Positions 23,131 through 37,529 of a stretch of DNA of 64,000 bases are shown here, one piece after another. The notes under the pieces are model-generated. The model did no database searches and had not been told where the DNA came from. It saw only the letters and a program-made list of their open reading frames with translations. Positions within the stretch are counted from its first letter, which is position 1. Every line of letters begins with the position of its first letter. Source of the DNA: Vicugna vicugna (lineage: Eukaryota); the NCBI GenBank assembly GCA_013265495.1, contig MU058384.1, positions 1,365,690 through 1,429,689 of the forward strand. The letters are read 5' to 3'. The position numbers were made by a program, and so were the translations under genes.

Positions 23131-25939
23131 TGGTTAACTGCAAAAAAGAAAATGTTATCCCTATAAAATATTCTGAGGTGTTTCTTTTTCCTTTGTTTCC
23201 CAGATTGCAGAAGAGTCTAGAAATTAATCAGATGTTAGTAAATGAATAAATAAAGTAAGTAAGAGGGGTTAGGCATTAAAAAATACAAAGAAAGAACCAA
23301 AAAAGAAAGAGACACTGCAAAGCCAATAAGGTATAAAATGTCAATGAATGGGAAAGACATCAGCCTTGCAGTGCTTTTCTCTTAGATGAATCCTGTTAAG
23401 AGCATTATCACTAAAGCTCTTTTATCTAAGGAAGAGAAAGATTTCTAATAAAGAATAACACAAATGTATAAATAACACTAAGATTATTTTTACCTATGTA
23501 AAGAAAATGTAAAGTGAGATATTATCATTAGGTTTAATTATAATAGCAAGTAAATGGAAATGCTACATTTGATAGGTGTGGTATTGTATATAGTGTATAT
23601 TGATATATTGTATAAAGTAAAAATTCCATGAAAATGAATGTCTAGCATCATGGAATTGGTGCCAACTCAAAGTCATATTCTATTTCCTAGGTGCCCAAAC
23701 CAAGCCCCAAAGGGTGGTGGAATAAAAATGCTGTAGGTTAGGGTTGTTTCTAGACTCATAATAAGAAAGAAGATCAAGATGAAACAAATGATGCACAGGC
23801 TTTGAAAAACAGTCCTAGGAAGGCTGGAAAGCAAATAGTTTCCACTTTATTTCATAACTTTAAAATATTTATATCTAGTTATAACTGCTGGTACCCATTC
23901 TTTATGTAAGTAAAACATAAATTTTGAGAGTAATTTAAAAATTTATCCCCAATATGATCACCTGCATTTGCAAGGTCAGTGTTAAAAAAAAAAGAGAGAG
24001 GCCAAATTGTGACAATTCAATGATATCTGCCTTCTCAGATTAAGTGGAAAGAAATACACAACTCACAAGGGGCTGAAATATGCGGGGGTGTGATTATAAG
24101 ACTACTGTCCCTGAGGACCTGGTAGAAATAAGATATGTATCTCTCGAGGCCATTCCAGAGATGAGAGAAATTTAGTGAATATAAACAGATGGACACATTG
24201 CCTACGTTTCTCAGCTCCAAACATGATGTTGCGCATAGAGCTGGGTTCCGTTATTGCAGTTAGGCTGCAGGGCAGTGATCTGGACCGTCTTTGTTCTCCT
24301 CAGTAAGAACTGATGCATTTCAAGTTGCTAATCAGCATTGTCAGTGCATTTGCTCAGCTAATCTTCTGGCAATGTGCGATGAACAATCTGCCTATTGACT
24401 GTCTCAGCAGTCGCTAGCCCCTCCACCCTCACCCCATGTCGAGCCTCATCTCCTTTCTGCTGGCTGCTCTTTTTCCTATTAAAAAAAAGGGGGTATAAAA
24501 GCAGGCCATTCTCTTCCCCTCCCCCAAGACACAATTCTCACTCTCCCGGTGAGTTCTCTCTCCCCTCCTCTCTGCAATTCCTTCTGGAATCCAAAAAATG
24601 CTGCCTAATTCTTAGCTTGCACTTGGATAATTACTGAATTACAACCACCTTGAGCTCCCTGCCAAACAGAGAAGCATTTCTGCTGTATTTCACAGCTGTG
24701 TGTGTGTGTGTGTCAAGAAGAACTAATTTATAATAAATAGGGACATTTTGGTAGCATCTGTCATCACTTCATCCAGAAAATACTTGTGATTAACACTTTG
24801 TATTAGGAGATAGAGCAGGCATTCAGGAAGATATTGACCTCTGTATTACTGTGATCAATATACAAATTTGCTCATGGATTCCTTTACAACACACCCTTAA
24901 GAATGGAAGAGGGAAAATCTCTGGATTTCCTATTTTAACTATTTATTTATAATATTTAGATGGAAATATTTCCTATTTTAAATATTTATTCCTATTTATC
25001 ATTAATCATCCTGCAGTAATAAAATAAAAGGCCAAATCTGCCGAGACACAGCATGAATTTACTTTTAACAGAAGGTGTAGGAGAAGCTATCATAAAATGT
25101 ACTTAATTATAATTTTTAAAGCTACTAGCACAACACAAACTATTATTGCCTGAGACTACAAAATATGACTTTACCTGTTCATGTAAAGCTGCTCACACTC
25201 AACTTCCAGCAAATGTATTTATTTGCCAAGAATGAAGTCAGAAAGGAAATCAGATGATTTATCAACATTTCTACTTAGCCTCATCTACTGGTCCCAAGCA
25301 CATATAGGTCCAACTGTGTGTAACAACCACACATAGCCAGTTTTATATACATAGCACTACTGTATATAAGTATCTATGAATCCAAAATAGAGAAAATAAA
25401 GTTCTCTCCGGGCAGAAGAGCACATACCACAAAGGATAATTTGTACTTCTTGGTCCCCAGTCCCCTCCCCCTCTTCCTTCTTTCTCTTTGTTTCTCTAAA
25501 GGAAATAAATACACAAATAGCACCATTGAAACTGAAAAGTTTCAGAGATAAGTACACTTCTATACACTTCTCCTACCAATAGCAGAATCTTAGGAGAACA
25601 GTCATTTCTTAAACATTCAAGATTTCTGGACATAGTTGGTTCTCATAGAGAAGCTCAAAGTCTTTAGAGATTGATTCTCGATCATCTGTGCTTTTGTCCT
25701 GTGGGGATTTAGACACACTAGAAATAGCCTCTGGATCTGGTAAATGTATCAGGACCCTTTCAGTAGATAGATTGTGTGTCTAGGATTGCTCTGTGGTTAC
25801 TCGAAATTTTCTGTTTAGGTTAAGAAAACAGGACTTTCCTAGGGCATGTAGTAGAGTCACATGAATCTTAAGGACTCAGTGAAAGAAGAAGCTGAAAATC
25901 AACAGACTGTTGATACGGTTATGAACACCCACCATGCCC

Positions 25940-26220
25940 TCACAGTGCTTTGCCCATCTCTTTGTAACAGCACTTATTTTTATGTTCTTACAACTTTTCT
26001 TTAGATGAATCTGGTATATTCTCTGGTAGACTTTGATCCCCTGAAGGGCAGCTTAAAGGTAGTTTTCATTTGTCTTACCTCAAACCATGTGTGCAATGAG
26101 GCAAATTATAAAAGTATATGAAAGTAAACAAATAAAAGTTATATGTGCAGCCCAAGAGCCTAGTATAGTACCAACCACATATCCAGTAGACAATTAGCTC
26201 ATTTGTTTATAAGAATTAAT
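25940..26220 (+). mobile_element. L2 3' fragments
   Basis: 'ctggtagactttgatcccctgaagggcag' and 'agagcctagtatagtacc...cagtagacaatt...atttgttt'. Confidence 0.5.
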
Positions 26221-28009
26221 TTGGGAATAAACATAGAGGAAGGAAGGAAGGAGACCCAGATCTTATGATTTAAATTTCATTTGAATTCAAACCATCCCCT
26301 GACCATTCACTTCCAAGCCATTACCTCTTTTCCTCCTTTTTCTGCCAAGCATCTTGTAAGAAATGTCTTCGTTTACTCTCTAAGCAGAAGTGTCCAAGAC
26401 AACTGAAAGTCTCAACAATTCATATAGTTTCAATCATAAGATTGAAAACCAGTCACTAAAAAGTTTTTAAATAACTTAATCTTGAAGTATTGATATTTTG
26501 CTTGAAGAAGAAAGCAAAATTAGAAAACCTAAAAGCTATCTACAGAAGAGTCAAGTTCCCAGAAATCCTCACTGAGATATTTAATGTATTTTCTTATTTT
26601 ATGCTGACTTTCTAACAAATTCCAGTAACAGTATCTCTTTCTAAAGATGATTTTTAAAATGTTCTGTAATCTCTGGAAAAAAATGCTTTTAAGGACGCAC
26701 TGTCTAGTCATCTTGGTACAAGGTATGACTTATATAAAAAAGTTTTCACCTTCTGAATCTTTATCAGAACTCCAAAAATAAATTCTTTCCTTTTGGACAA
26801 CTGGCGCTAAAAGACTTTGCTCCAGAAAAGTGGAGTGATCTAAAGCATGGGTACTGAGGACACACAGACTCACGCCCCAGCGCTCCGGGGAAGTTCTCTG
26901 GTGGATGGGTTTGCTGAGTTCTAAATGAGAGGCCCCTGGGCAGCTCAACCTTATTTTCTCACTTAATAAGGTCTTGGTGTTACCCTTGTTTCATGAGCCT
27001 TTCTAAAGGTAGTGCTGAGGCTATCAAATGCACTGCCATCTTGCAAGGTCAATCAAGTTCTTGATCAGATCAGTGGAAAAAATTTAAAGGAAGCTCCCAC
27101 TTCAACAGCATGGCACCAGGAAGGACTATAAGTGAGGTAATGGGGAAAAAGTGTTGCATTGATACATAAGCTTTAGACCTACTGCTCTACAGTTTTTGCT
27201 ACTTACGTTTCACAAGGTCTTCAATGTGCTGGTCTTTAGATTGGTTTTAGCACTGAATTAGAAATTATTAAGAGTAGAATAGAGCCAAATTCCCTAATTT
27301 GCTTTGTTTGAGAATAGATTAAGAGTCCACTCATGCACAGATAAAATCCTATCAAGACCTAGAGGAAAGGTCCCTATAACATATGCTCTTTTAAATATCA
27401 AAGCTCTAATTGTGGTGTTTTATAAATGGTTAGGAAGCTTTTACGTGACTTCCTTTTATTATCACAAATAATTCTGCTAATGTGTAAATGGAGAAGTAAA
27501 AGAAAAAATAGGCATAAACTCCCCAAATCAGCAAATCAGAGGGCAGTGATGAAAACGAGACACCCACATTGAAAAGACACATCAATCACTATGCCCCCTC
27601 AAAACTCCCAAAATTTCAAGAAATGCTATATCAAAGAGGAAAACAAATACGATTATAAGTAGCCAAAATTATATTTTGAAAACAAGAGTTAAGACATTCA
27701 TGTCTTAAAAAAAAACTTAAAACTAAATGGAAATGAGATTTACATTTGCCTGAAGTAATTTTATAGACTCCTACAGCAACCAAAAAGAAAGCGCCCATGA
27801 ACTAAGTTACATTGTATCAGATACTGGCTCAGAAGTACCACAGTAAAGTAAAAGGACCCACTGGAAAAATGAAAAGCAGAAAAAAATTTGAGAATGCCTG
27901 AGAGTGGAGAATGAAAATGTGATAACAATAGGATAATTCAGAAATCACCTGTGTACTAAATTATCAATGTATTAAGAGTTGATTTATTATATTATTGTTT
28001 GAATACGAG

Positions 28010-28200
28010 TCAGCATGGGTCTAAGGAAAGGTGAATTAGGCTACTTAGGTTCCAATCCCAGCTCTGCTCTTCCCTAGCTGTGTGATCTTTGGCTAGTGAC
28101 TTAACTACTCTGTACCACTTCCTTATCTGCATAATAAAGATGATCAAAAGACCAACCTGAGGATAAGCGAGTCAATGCACTTGGCCTGGCCCATTGTAAG
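28010..28200 (+). mobile_element. MIR
   Basis: 'ggttccaatcccagctctgctcttccctagctgtgtgatctttggctagtgacttaactactctgtacc'. Confidence 0.8.
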
Positions 28201-29629
28201 CGTTTCACCAGCTTAGCCTCATACTGCATCTTAGTAGAATACAGTTCCTTGCTCAGGTCGGTGTTGGCTGGAATGACCCAGTGGGAAACAGAGATGCCAT
28301 ACCCCCATTTCTGTGTATCTCTCCATACATAATGTCACATGCTGGCAGTGTGGCCTGGTGTCCTTCAAATCCAATTAATGTCATAGGAATGAGACCAAGG
28401 CTCAATTCCATTTTCTTTGTTTTTCAAAGAATGAACTTGAACAACTATGTTTCACTGGTTTCAAATGCAACTCCTAGAATTTTGAGATTTCTTTTCTTCT
28501 TTAAAAGGTATTTTATTGAATAAAACCCAACCCGTTTGTTCCCTGATTGCTATTTCTGAAGCTGACTGGCCAAGACAACATCATCAATCAATGAGAGAAT
28601 GTGTCAGCAGGGGGCTTCTCTTCTTTTTCTGAGGGCCTGTGATGTTTGTTTTTCAACAGAAACTGAGCTCTAAGTAAATACAAATTTTTATTTCAGAATA
28701 AAATGTTTTCATGTTCTATGGTACCATTGTTTTCTGAGAATGTCAATTTTATTTTGGTTCCCAAGTTGATAGAAAAAGAAATAAATCACTTAAAGAGCAC
28801 ATTTATTTCTTGCAACAAAATGGTCCAAGGAAATAGTCAGAATGTTCAGCAAAGCAAGGCATCTCCTAAATAAATGAAAACTTCACAAGCTAAATAGTGA
28901 ATGCATGTATGTGTGCATACTCACAGGAGGCAGAAAGAAAGAATAAGTCAGTCATGCCAGCCTTGAATAAAAAGGGCTAGGGCATTCTACATCTCTGTGA
29001 AGACTGCAAAACAAAAACAGTAAGAGACTTGGTCTCTGTTTCCTCAAAACCTTGGTTCGGGTTTGTGTTCCTTCTTCTGAAAAAAAGGAACTTGAATTCA
29101 ACATGAAACACGGTTGTGCTCAAATTCTGAAAATACACTTATTAGCGAAGTTCCAAAAAGATGACTTCAGTAGGAAATTCACAAACATGTGGGAAACCAC
29201 GGAAGCCATTCTAATGACTGATAGAGTGATCCTGTTCATTATTTTCCAGGTTAATGTAACCACAGCTTCTAAGAACTGGCGACATACGACTCTCAGGTCT
29301 CACATGGGCTATATCCGTTACTTCGCCAACTGTCATTCACACATCCCTCCTACAAAGCTGTCTGCAAGTTGAAGTTTTAATGAACACAGTTTAAAGAGTC
29401 ACAAAATCAAGTGGAAGGTTGGCAACCATCTGTTGAATTTGTGCTCCATAGATAGACAATCCCCACCATTTAGAAACTGGAGTGGATTGTTTTGCCCTGA
29501 ATGGTGTGAATTTCCTCTCCCGGCAGTCCAAAAGCACAGATAATGACCACGTTGTACTGGAGAGGCCTGGCCGAAGAGCTCTGAGACCAGAAATAAAATC
29601 ATACATTGTATTCCTTCTTGAGGAGGTCA

Positions 29630-29835
29630 ACTTGCTTTATGCACACTATCTAATCAATTCTCAAAGCATTCCATTGAAATGAGGGAGAAGCAGTTACAAT
29701 ATTCGCTTTACAGATGGATAACCTGAGGCTTTGAAAGGTTAAGCAGTTTTGCAAGGTCACATGAGGCCATTTCCACACAACTGCAATTACCTGGGCGATG
29801 CAGGCACAGGGCAGCAGACGCAGACCGCAGGCTGC
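29630..29835 (-). mobile_element. MIR
   Basis: 'tttacagatggataacctgaggctttgaaaggttaagcagttttgcaaggtcaca'. Confidence 0.75.
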
Positions 29836-31027
29836 TTTCACTTACTCGGAGACACAGTGCCTGAATGACTACAGAAAAACAAGGACTGGGCCAGAATTAC
29901 CCAAATAAGCTGGCCTATATGCCCAGATTTGCCAGATGATTGACAATTTTCTATTCAACTTGAAACTGGAAACAGCTAGGCACGGCAGAGAACAGGAATG
30001 AGGTCACAGATCCGCTATTTATAGGGTATCAGCCACCACACTCAGCTGCTTTTCAGTTAAGGTGAATATGGAATGTCATTTTCTTTCTCCAGCTCCATAC
30101 AGAGAAACTCCTTTCAGAAAAGGAAATCACAGAATTTAATAATATTTCTTGTGACATGGTGATTTGCTTCGTGACGGTCTCAGCAACGTTTACCACAAAT
30201 TCATCAAGGCTTTTTGACCATAAATAAAAATGCAGTCACATTCTTTCTTGCTCCACAGATTTTTTTTTTTAAATAAAGCAATAAAGATTCCATGGGCTTT
30301 TTTTTTTTCTTACCTACAAAACATGCATTGAATTGCAAAGTTACAACAAAACAGAACACCAGTGTGGACAAGGAAAACACAACACGGCCATTTATGAGGT
30401 AAGGGATCTAAAGCAACCTGATGGGCCTGTTTGGCTGCAAGAGTTAATTCCTGTGAAAAATACACTCTGGCACATTTCCTTTGGCTGAGCGTGGTCTGAG
30501 GCTGGGGAAGGCTTCAGACAGTGAGCAGGGGGTGGGCCGGAAGCCACCAGTTCTTTTGATGTAGATTGAGGCATGACAGTAGCTCCTGCGCTAAATATCA
30601 AGTTTTCGTTCTCTTCTGCATTTCTCCCAAATCATGAAAAGAGATTCCTTTTAGCCCAAATACACAGATAATAGTCCTAGCACACAACCAAAAGTTGCAG
30701 ATAAAAATTGCCTTGTGTTCTCTGTGACTCACCAACCGTAACCAAAACTAAACCAGCAAGCTGAAACAGAGAGGTTTGAATGAGATTCCAGACTAAAAAT
30801 AAAAGGCAAGGAAACCAAGAGGAAACTGCTCATGAAGTGTCTCCAAACTTCTGATTTAGAAGGGACTGAAGAAGGATGAGAGACTGAGAACTCTTTACCT
30901 TTCCTCCAGGGGAAAGGCTCAGAGCCGACTGCCCAGGAGCCTTGGGCATCCCAGCCAGCCCTGAGCAGCTGCAGAAGAGAGTGACCGGCCCCCAGGACCC
31001 CACAGTCGGTGCCCACACTGACCAGAT

Positions 31028-31190
31028 CAGGGGTTCTCACCTTGGAGTGTGTGCAGCAAGAGCCTGAAAATCTCGTTCAGCATGCAGATCCCCTGGCTCT
31101 ACCCAGACTGACTTTGATGGGACCAGTTTGAGGGTCCCAGGAATCTGCATTATAACCAGAACCTCAAATAATCCTAGGACCATGCTAGAG
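31028..31190. mobile_element. MER5-like hAT-Charlie element
   Basis: 'caggggttctcaccttg...atgcagatcccctggctctacccag...cccaggaatctgcattataacca'. Confidence 0.72.
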
Positions 31191-34100
31191 GCTAAGAAAT
31201 TTATTAATAATGACCCCCTGGAGGGTGTTTCCAGAACTGTTCACACAACCCAGGAAGCCAGAGAACTACCTTAAACCCTGCATTTGATGGAGATGAGGAC
31301 CCGCCTGTTTAATAGATAATTATATGTAAAGGCCTAAAACAAATCTAGAAGTACCATTTAACGGCCTCTTTCACCCACAAAATGAGACAGAGTTTAAATT
31401 TATTTAAGTAGTCATAGCTGCAGCTTTCAATTTGGAATTGACAATTGGTTTTACAGGCAAGATTTGGCAAAAAAAGGATACTCAGAGACCTTTCAATTTT
31501 GCCATCGACATTCTACACGTAAGAACTGTTTCTATAGAAGCATGGTTGACTGTGTGTGTTTCTTCCACTGGCCAGTGTCTTCGGTGCCTTGCCCCTCCCC
31601 CACCTCACCATATGCCAGTCTTTCTTCCTGTGCCCTCACTGCTCCCTTTGTCTCATTTGACAGCCCCCCTTTGTCCTCCTTTTCCCATCATCCAGCTTTT
31701 GTCGATCCAGTAATGCTTACAAAGAGGATTGCTCATTGGTGAGACTGTTGACCAATTTATGGAGGAAGGAACAAGACTCTTTAAAATAATAACTCGACAT
31801 CTTTTAACATTTTGGAGTGTACAAAGCATGCTCACATTGTGCCATTTGACATTTATAAAAAAAAACAGCAAACCAACCGAGGTAGCAGTATCATGCCCAA
31901 TTAAGGCACTGATACTGCGAGTTACGAGTGACTTGTTCAAGGCCACATTACTGGTAAAACTTCCAGTTTTAGTTACACTGCCCTTTACCCATGCCGTTTG
32001 TAAGAAGGACTCCTAGAACTACTCAAGAGTTTTGATATTATTGAAGTGCTCCAGTTTGAAACTCAGGTCTAAAAAAAAAAATTGATTACATAAAACCACT
32101 GGACTGTAAACAGGATTCAATTTATCCTGAGGTAATTTATCCAATGGTGTGAAGAAAAGCACTTTTTGCATTTTCCTAGAAAGGGGACAGAAAAAAATAG
32201 CAGAGAGCAGTCATCCTGTAAATTCGTGTAAGGAATGAAGGCTCTGCGTCCCCGGCGCTTGCCCAGCCTTTCCCAGGGCTTCTGGTGGTCTTCCAGTTCA
32301 GCCCAGTGGATCTTTGAACACTTTAAGGTTGATCGTTCCAAGCAACAGAAGAACGATAATACCCAGCCACCCACCCTGTTTTATTCAGGAAAATGTGGAA
32401 TTAGATGAAATATACCCCAGAATAATATGCTGTTGAAACTCTCCTGCTACATTAGACGATGTAGCTAAAGTAGTAACTGAGACCTGATTCTGTGTAGGCA
32501 AGTACACCAGAAAAGTCATGGGAAGAATCACTTGAAAAAGCCAATTTTCTAAGCTCGCTACTAAGCTGGATCAGATAAATTAGACAACAGCTAACTCTCT
32601 GCTGTACTTTATAACTTGTAGATACAATATTTGAGGCCCAGAAGGACTCCCAAATTGCACTGTTACTCTTACGGCGGAGACAACTAGTGCAAAATGAAAA
32701 AAGGTAATCAACTCTCAAGTGCTATGTAGTCCTCTAGGTGTTGTAAAACATCCTTAACATCACTTTAAGCAAATATTATAACGTTATTTTTAAAACACCC
32801 CTTCAAACCAATTACAAGCTACTTTGAAGTGGCTTTAGAGAAGGGGAAAAGAACTTAGTGCAGTTTTAATTTGCATCCTTTATTGCCAGAGTGTAAAACT
32901 TTGGATTTGCCAAAGATGTGATTCCAAGTAGTCCAAGAAACAGTGTCTCCTTAAAAGAATGTAGAAGCATTCATCAGAAGATGGTGCTTTAAAGCCAGAA
33001 CTTTATCTTACATCTGACAACTCACATGGTTGGGATTTTTTTTCCTGGTTCAAAGTATGCTCTGACCTTCTCTGAGACCAATGCTTAAGGCTGAGGCAGT
33101 CATCTCATTTGGCTGCTGTGGGCAGTAACGATTCTGAAAACTCAGCAGTACATGGATATTTCCTGCTTATGGAGGGCAAGAGAAGCAGTCACTATAAATC
33201 TGAAAGATTTGACCCAAAGGAGACTTAATGACAGAGTAGTGATGTAGATACTAAATGAACTTTACTCGGACTTTATATGCAGAGGATGCTAAATGGGGAC
33301 TCATGGAGACAAAGACATGAGGCTGGGTGACTTAGCCTGACCCAGCGTTCTCATCTCAAACCCCACCTGCATGTTCTGGAAGGTGATAATACTCAGAGGT
33401 TCACCATCTAGATTTTTTTTTTTCTAAAATACGGTTACAGATATGTCTGGATTTATCTAAGCTTCTCCAATTGCACTTACCTGGCTTATAAAAATGGCCA
33501 ATCTGCTGTGCCCTGGGGCCCCACCTCAGCATGCTTTCATCATGGATTCCTCCCTCTTTGAAGACCAGTAATTCTGGTTTACAAGAATGGGGTAAGAAGT
33601 TGTCAGATGGTGAAATCATTACATAGTCCCAAATTGTCTTTCTTCTTCGCTCCTGAACTGCAGTCACTCTCCCAGTGTCCCCTCACCTCCCAAGCACCCA
33701 AGACCTGATTTCTACCCAACATTCCTGCTTCAGAGGAAGAAAAATCTGATTTAATAAAATGAATTCCCACTAGGTAATTTATAGCTTAATGTATTCCTTC
33801 ACGCAAGAATTTGCAGAAGGATTACACTAACTAATGGTGGAATTAAGGCATTTGCCACAGGCTGTTGACAGTTTGGAAGGTTTTTCTTGAAGCTTCTCAA
33901 ATATTGCTGCATAGGTGACCAACACCATCTTCTAATAAGCCTTCAATGAGAACATAGGCAGAGATTACTTAAGATTCCATATGTAGCTCTATAGTGTAAA
34001 ATTATGTTAGTAAAGAAAGCAGAATGCCATCCCTTGCTCTTTTGGCTGCTGAAGTAAATAACTTACTATGAAGTTGTTTTCAAGGAAAATAAAAACAGTG

Positions 34101-35894
34101 TCTCAGAAACTGAGAAAACGTTCAAATAGATACAGAAAGTAAATTCAGGTAATTCAGTTCTTATACCTCAAATGACTCCTATAATTTGAACAAAAGATGA
34201 CATACTTCAAAGTCAAAATCACGTATCTTTTAATTGATCCAATAAATATTTAATGTTTCACTTCACTTCATCTTGTGGACACAACAAGGGAACATTTGGT
34301 AGATTGTGATTTGAGAGAGCTGTTGAAAATTCCCTCCAGGGTGGTCATGCTATGTAAACACTGCTAGTACTTTTAGAGAACATTTAATGTACTGAATCTA
34401 GGTTTCTAATTGTTCTGCCTTGGCAATTTCCTGGGGATGATGCATAACAAAAGGGAGCAAAAAGACAAATAGGAATGTTAGCTGTTTGTTGTGGGGGACC
34501 AAGCGTGTTTATGCGCCTTGTATAAATGTTAGCGTATAGCATACACACACACAGATGTGAAGGTGATAGGATTATGACATCTGAAATCTCTTGATTCACT
34601 GAGAAGCCCAGAATTGATCAGGTTGAGCTCACAATCTTGATGAATGTTCCCTATCATATGTGGGTCCCTCAGAAATACTGCATTTGGTCAAAGAAGAGGT
34701 CATGGATATATCAGCTCACACACATAAGTAGCAAAAGTATAAGAATGCTTGAAGACAGACAAAAGTACTGCTTTGCATTATGTATTTTTGAACTACAATG
34801 TTTTATTTTTAACTTAAAAGCTATCCAAGATGAAAGAAAAAATGTATCCCAAATTGAAATGGCAAGAATATCTACTTCTTCAAATTATGTTTGCAAATAT
34901 GCTTTATCTTCTACTTACTATAGCATTATTAGGTGACTTTCTCTACTGAAAAGAGAGAAAAAGAAAGAAACAAATTTACTATTATGTGATCAAATTTACA
35001 GATATTTTCATACTGCATTTATGATCAATTTCACAAGGGTATTACCATACCCAGCCAATCAACTTTTATACATTCAGAATAAATCAATGGAGAAAGTAAA
35101 TAATGCCAGGATAATGCTACGGGAGCATATTGCAATATCAAAAATTTTTGTAAAGTGTAGAAAGAGGAGTAAAAAAAAAAAAGGAAATTAACAATATTGT
35201 TCATTGGCTAAGTATCTGTCCTAAACCTACATATATTTTTTGTTCATAAACTAAGTTATTCCATTAATAATCAGCAAATTTATATATAATGCAATTTGAT
35301 CATTTCATGATTTGACTATTTAACAGATATAAGCTGTCTTTATTAGGAAATTCCTAGCACACTAAACACATTATTCAACAAAAATTTTTAAAGTTAGTGG
35401 AAAATTAGTTTAAAAAAAAAGACTATACTGGGAACTCTGAAATTAGTTCATATATAAAATGAACGTATAGTAAAGAAGAATGACATAGAAATAGGAAAGC
35501 TTAGTCTGGTGCTGGAAAGTGAAAGCCAAATTTAACTTCCTAAACATGCTAAAAGATAATGAATAAGAATAGGCTGCTTAAAAATAATTTAACATTAATA
35601 GATGACTATCAAAAACAACTCAAAGCTAGCTCTCAAGTATTTTAGAAAGTTTCAAGCTGGAAGGAATGGAGAATAAGACGAAAACTAACTAGGCTGTATC
35701 CTGGGACAAAATTCATCCTTATTAAGAGTGTTGGTCCCTCCAAGATGACTCAGCTGTTAAAATACCAAATCCAAGGAGATGAACACTTCTATGGAAGGTA
35801 AGATGTGAGTCCTTTGACTTTAAGGAACATGGCTTTCTTATCTGTATAACCCCAGTAGCCTACATGCTTCCACACTGAATAAATGTGGAAGAAA

Positions 35895-35992
35895 CGAAGA
35901 AAGAAAAGAAGGGAGGAAGGGAGGGGGGAAGGGAAAGAGAAGGAGAGAATGACTGAGAGAGGAGGGGGGAAGTAAGGAAGAAAGAAGGGGGA
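35895..35992. repeat. GA-rich low-complexity tract
   Basis: Directly visible purine tract. Confidence 0.85.
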
Positions 35993-36769
35993 TTAGATTC
36001 TGAGACACAATAAGCACATTTCATTGCTGTAAATGAGTTAAAATACTTAGAACCCAGCAGATTATACTCAAGCTTAAAGAAAGTTGCCCTCATTCTCAGA
36101 AAAGAGAATGAGCTGGGTTTCAAAGTCACAACGTGGTGAGCTAGAAGCTGGTCCCCAGACATTTTCCAGAATGACTTGCTAAGCAGACACTAAGTAGGTA
36201 GGCTTTTGGAACATAGCATAGTGAACACTAGAAGCCAGCATGATTCACTAAGAAAAAGTTACATAAATTAGCCTTCATTTTATCTTTCATTTGGGTTACT
36301 GGATTGTAAATGGATAGGGATTCATTTTTGGAAGCCCAATACAGTGCATTTAAGTTTCAAAAGGAATTAGACGTGGTTTCATGACATCCTTGAGTGTGTG
36401 CAAAGTCACGTGGACTCACAGCTGCCTGATGCTTACATCAAAAAAGTGTTGAGTCATAGGATTTTATCAACCCAAATGGTGGCTTCTAATATCTTATTCA
36501 AAACCTAGCCTTACTGTGTTTTAAACGGATAAGTTGGCCTAAGAAAGAAGGAATGTCTTAAAGCTAGGAAAAATAGCAACAAATAAGATTTAAAATTACT
36601 TAACAGATGAAAACGCTAATCTTAATAATAAGATCAACATCTAAAAGGATAAACATTAAGTCTTGCTGGTAAGTTAAATAATCAATTACACAGGTGTATT
36701 GCTTGTATAAAAAATCCTGTGCAATTTTCATTAACTGGAGACAAAGGATGAACTAACTGATTTACAACA

Positions 36770-37265
36770 GTCTAAGTGGTCCACGGATAGAATTCAGGGA
36801 GGCCTATGAACTTCAAGGGGAAAAAAACACATTATTATTTTTAGTAACCTCAGACGGAAATTTAGCATTTCCTTCCGTTATGAATGTAGGCAGAAATACC
36901 ACAATAGCCTTAGCAGTACCTGTAACTGTCAACAAAAATAATCATAGATATTTTCCTATCATATTAAAACTTTTGTATATATCTCAAAATGGTATTTATG
37001 CTTCAATACTTCAAAATTAAGATAATTATTGGACTCACCACTGAATCTTGTCAATAATACATTAATAAAGAGATGTTTACATACACGTGCATGATACTGA
37101 ACCATACATTTCTTTTCAGTATTTTGATAACTGCATTTTAATATATATTGTTGGTTTATAACTCTGTGTATTTTATTTTATGCACTTAAAAATATGATTC
37201 TGAAAAGTGGGCATTTTCAACCACTGACATAGGAGTTTGTGGTGCAAAAACAGTTAAGAACCCTT
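36770..37265. mobile_element. hAT-Charlie element (MER113/Charlie4a-like)
   Basis: 'aaatttagcatttccttccgttatgaatgtaggc...agcagtacctgt'; terminus 'aaaaacagttaagaaccct'. Confidence 0.7.
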
Positions 37266-37529
37266 TCGATAAAACTTATATATATTGCTTTAAAACACAG
37301 GCTGCATTTATAGAAATATGTGGCACAGTAGTGGTTCATGGGAAACCTTCTGGTTAGCTCATCCAAGCACTGATCATGCTTGGATCTGCAGTTCAGTATT
37401 GAGATACTGACAACTGGAATGCGTTCAAGGGTGGAGAGAAGGCATGACCAGGAAGACAAGTCTAGAAATTACATTAGAAGGAGCATAATTCCTTTAGAAG
37501 CAAATGCTAATTAGTGCAAGACACTAGGG

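Noticed and set aside
24206..24236. Minus-strand MRNIMFG resembles the ZNF385D N-terminus (MRNIMYFG as recalled)
   Set aside because: Only 7 residues, no GT donor at the equivalent position and no other zinc-finger exon in the window; likely coincidence.
27600..27800. Possible very old L1 ORF2 fragment
   Set aside because: Only one loose motif in A-rich sequence.
29230..29630. Several splice-bounded open frames on both strands
   Set aside because: No recognisable peptide, weak donors and no consistent exon chain.
32235..32410. Short ORFs on both strands in a CpG-containing patch
   Set aside because: No recognisable homology and weak splice or start context.
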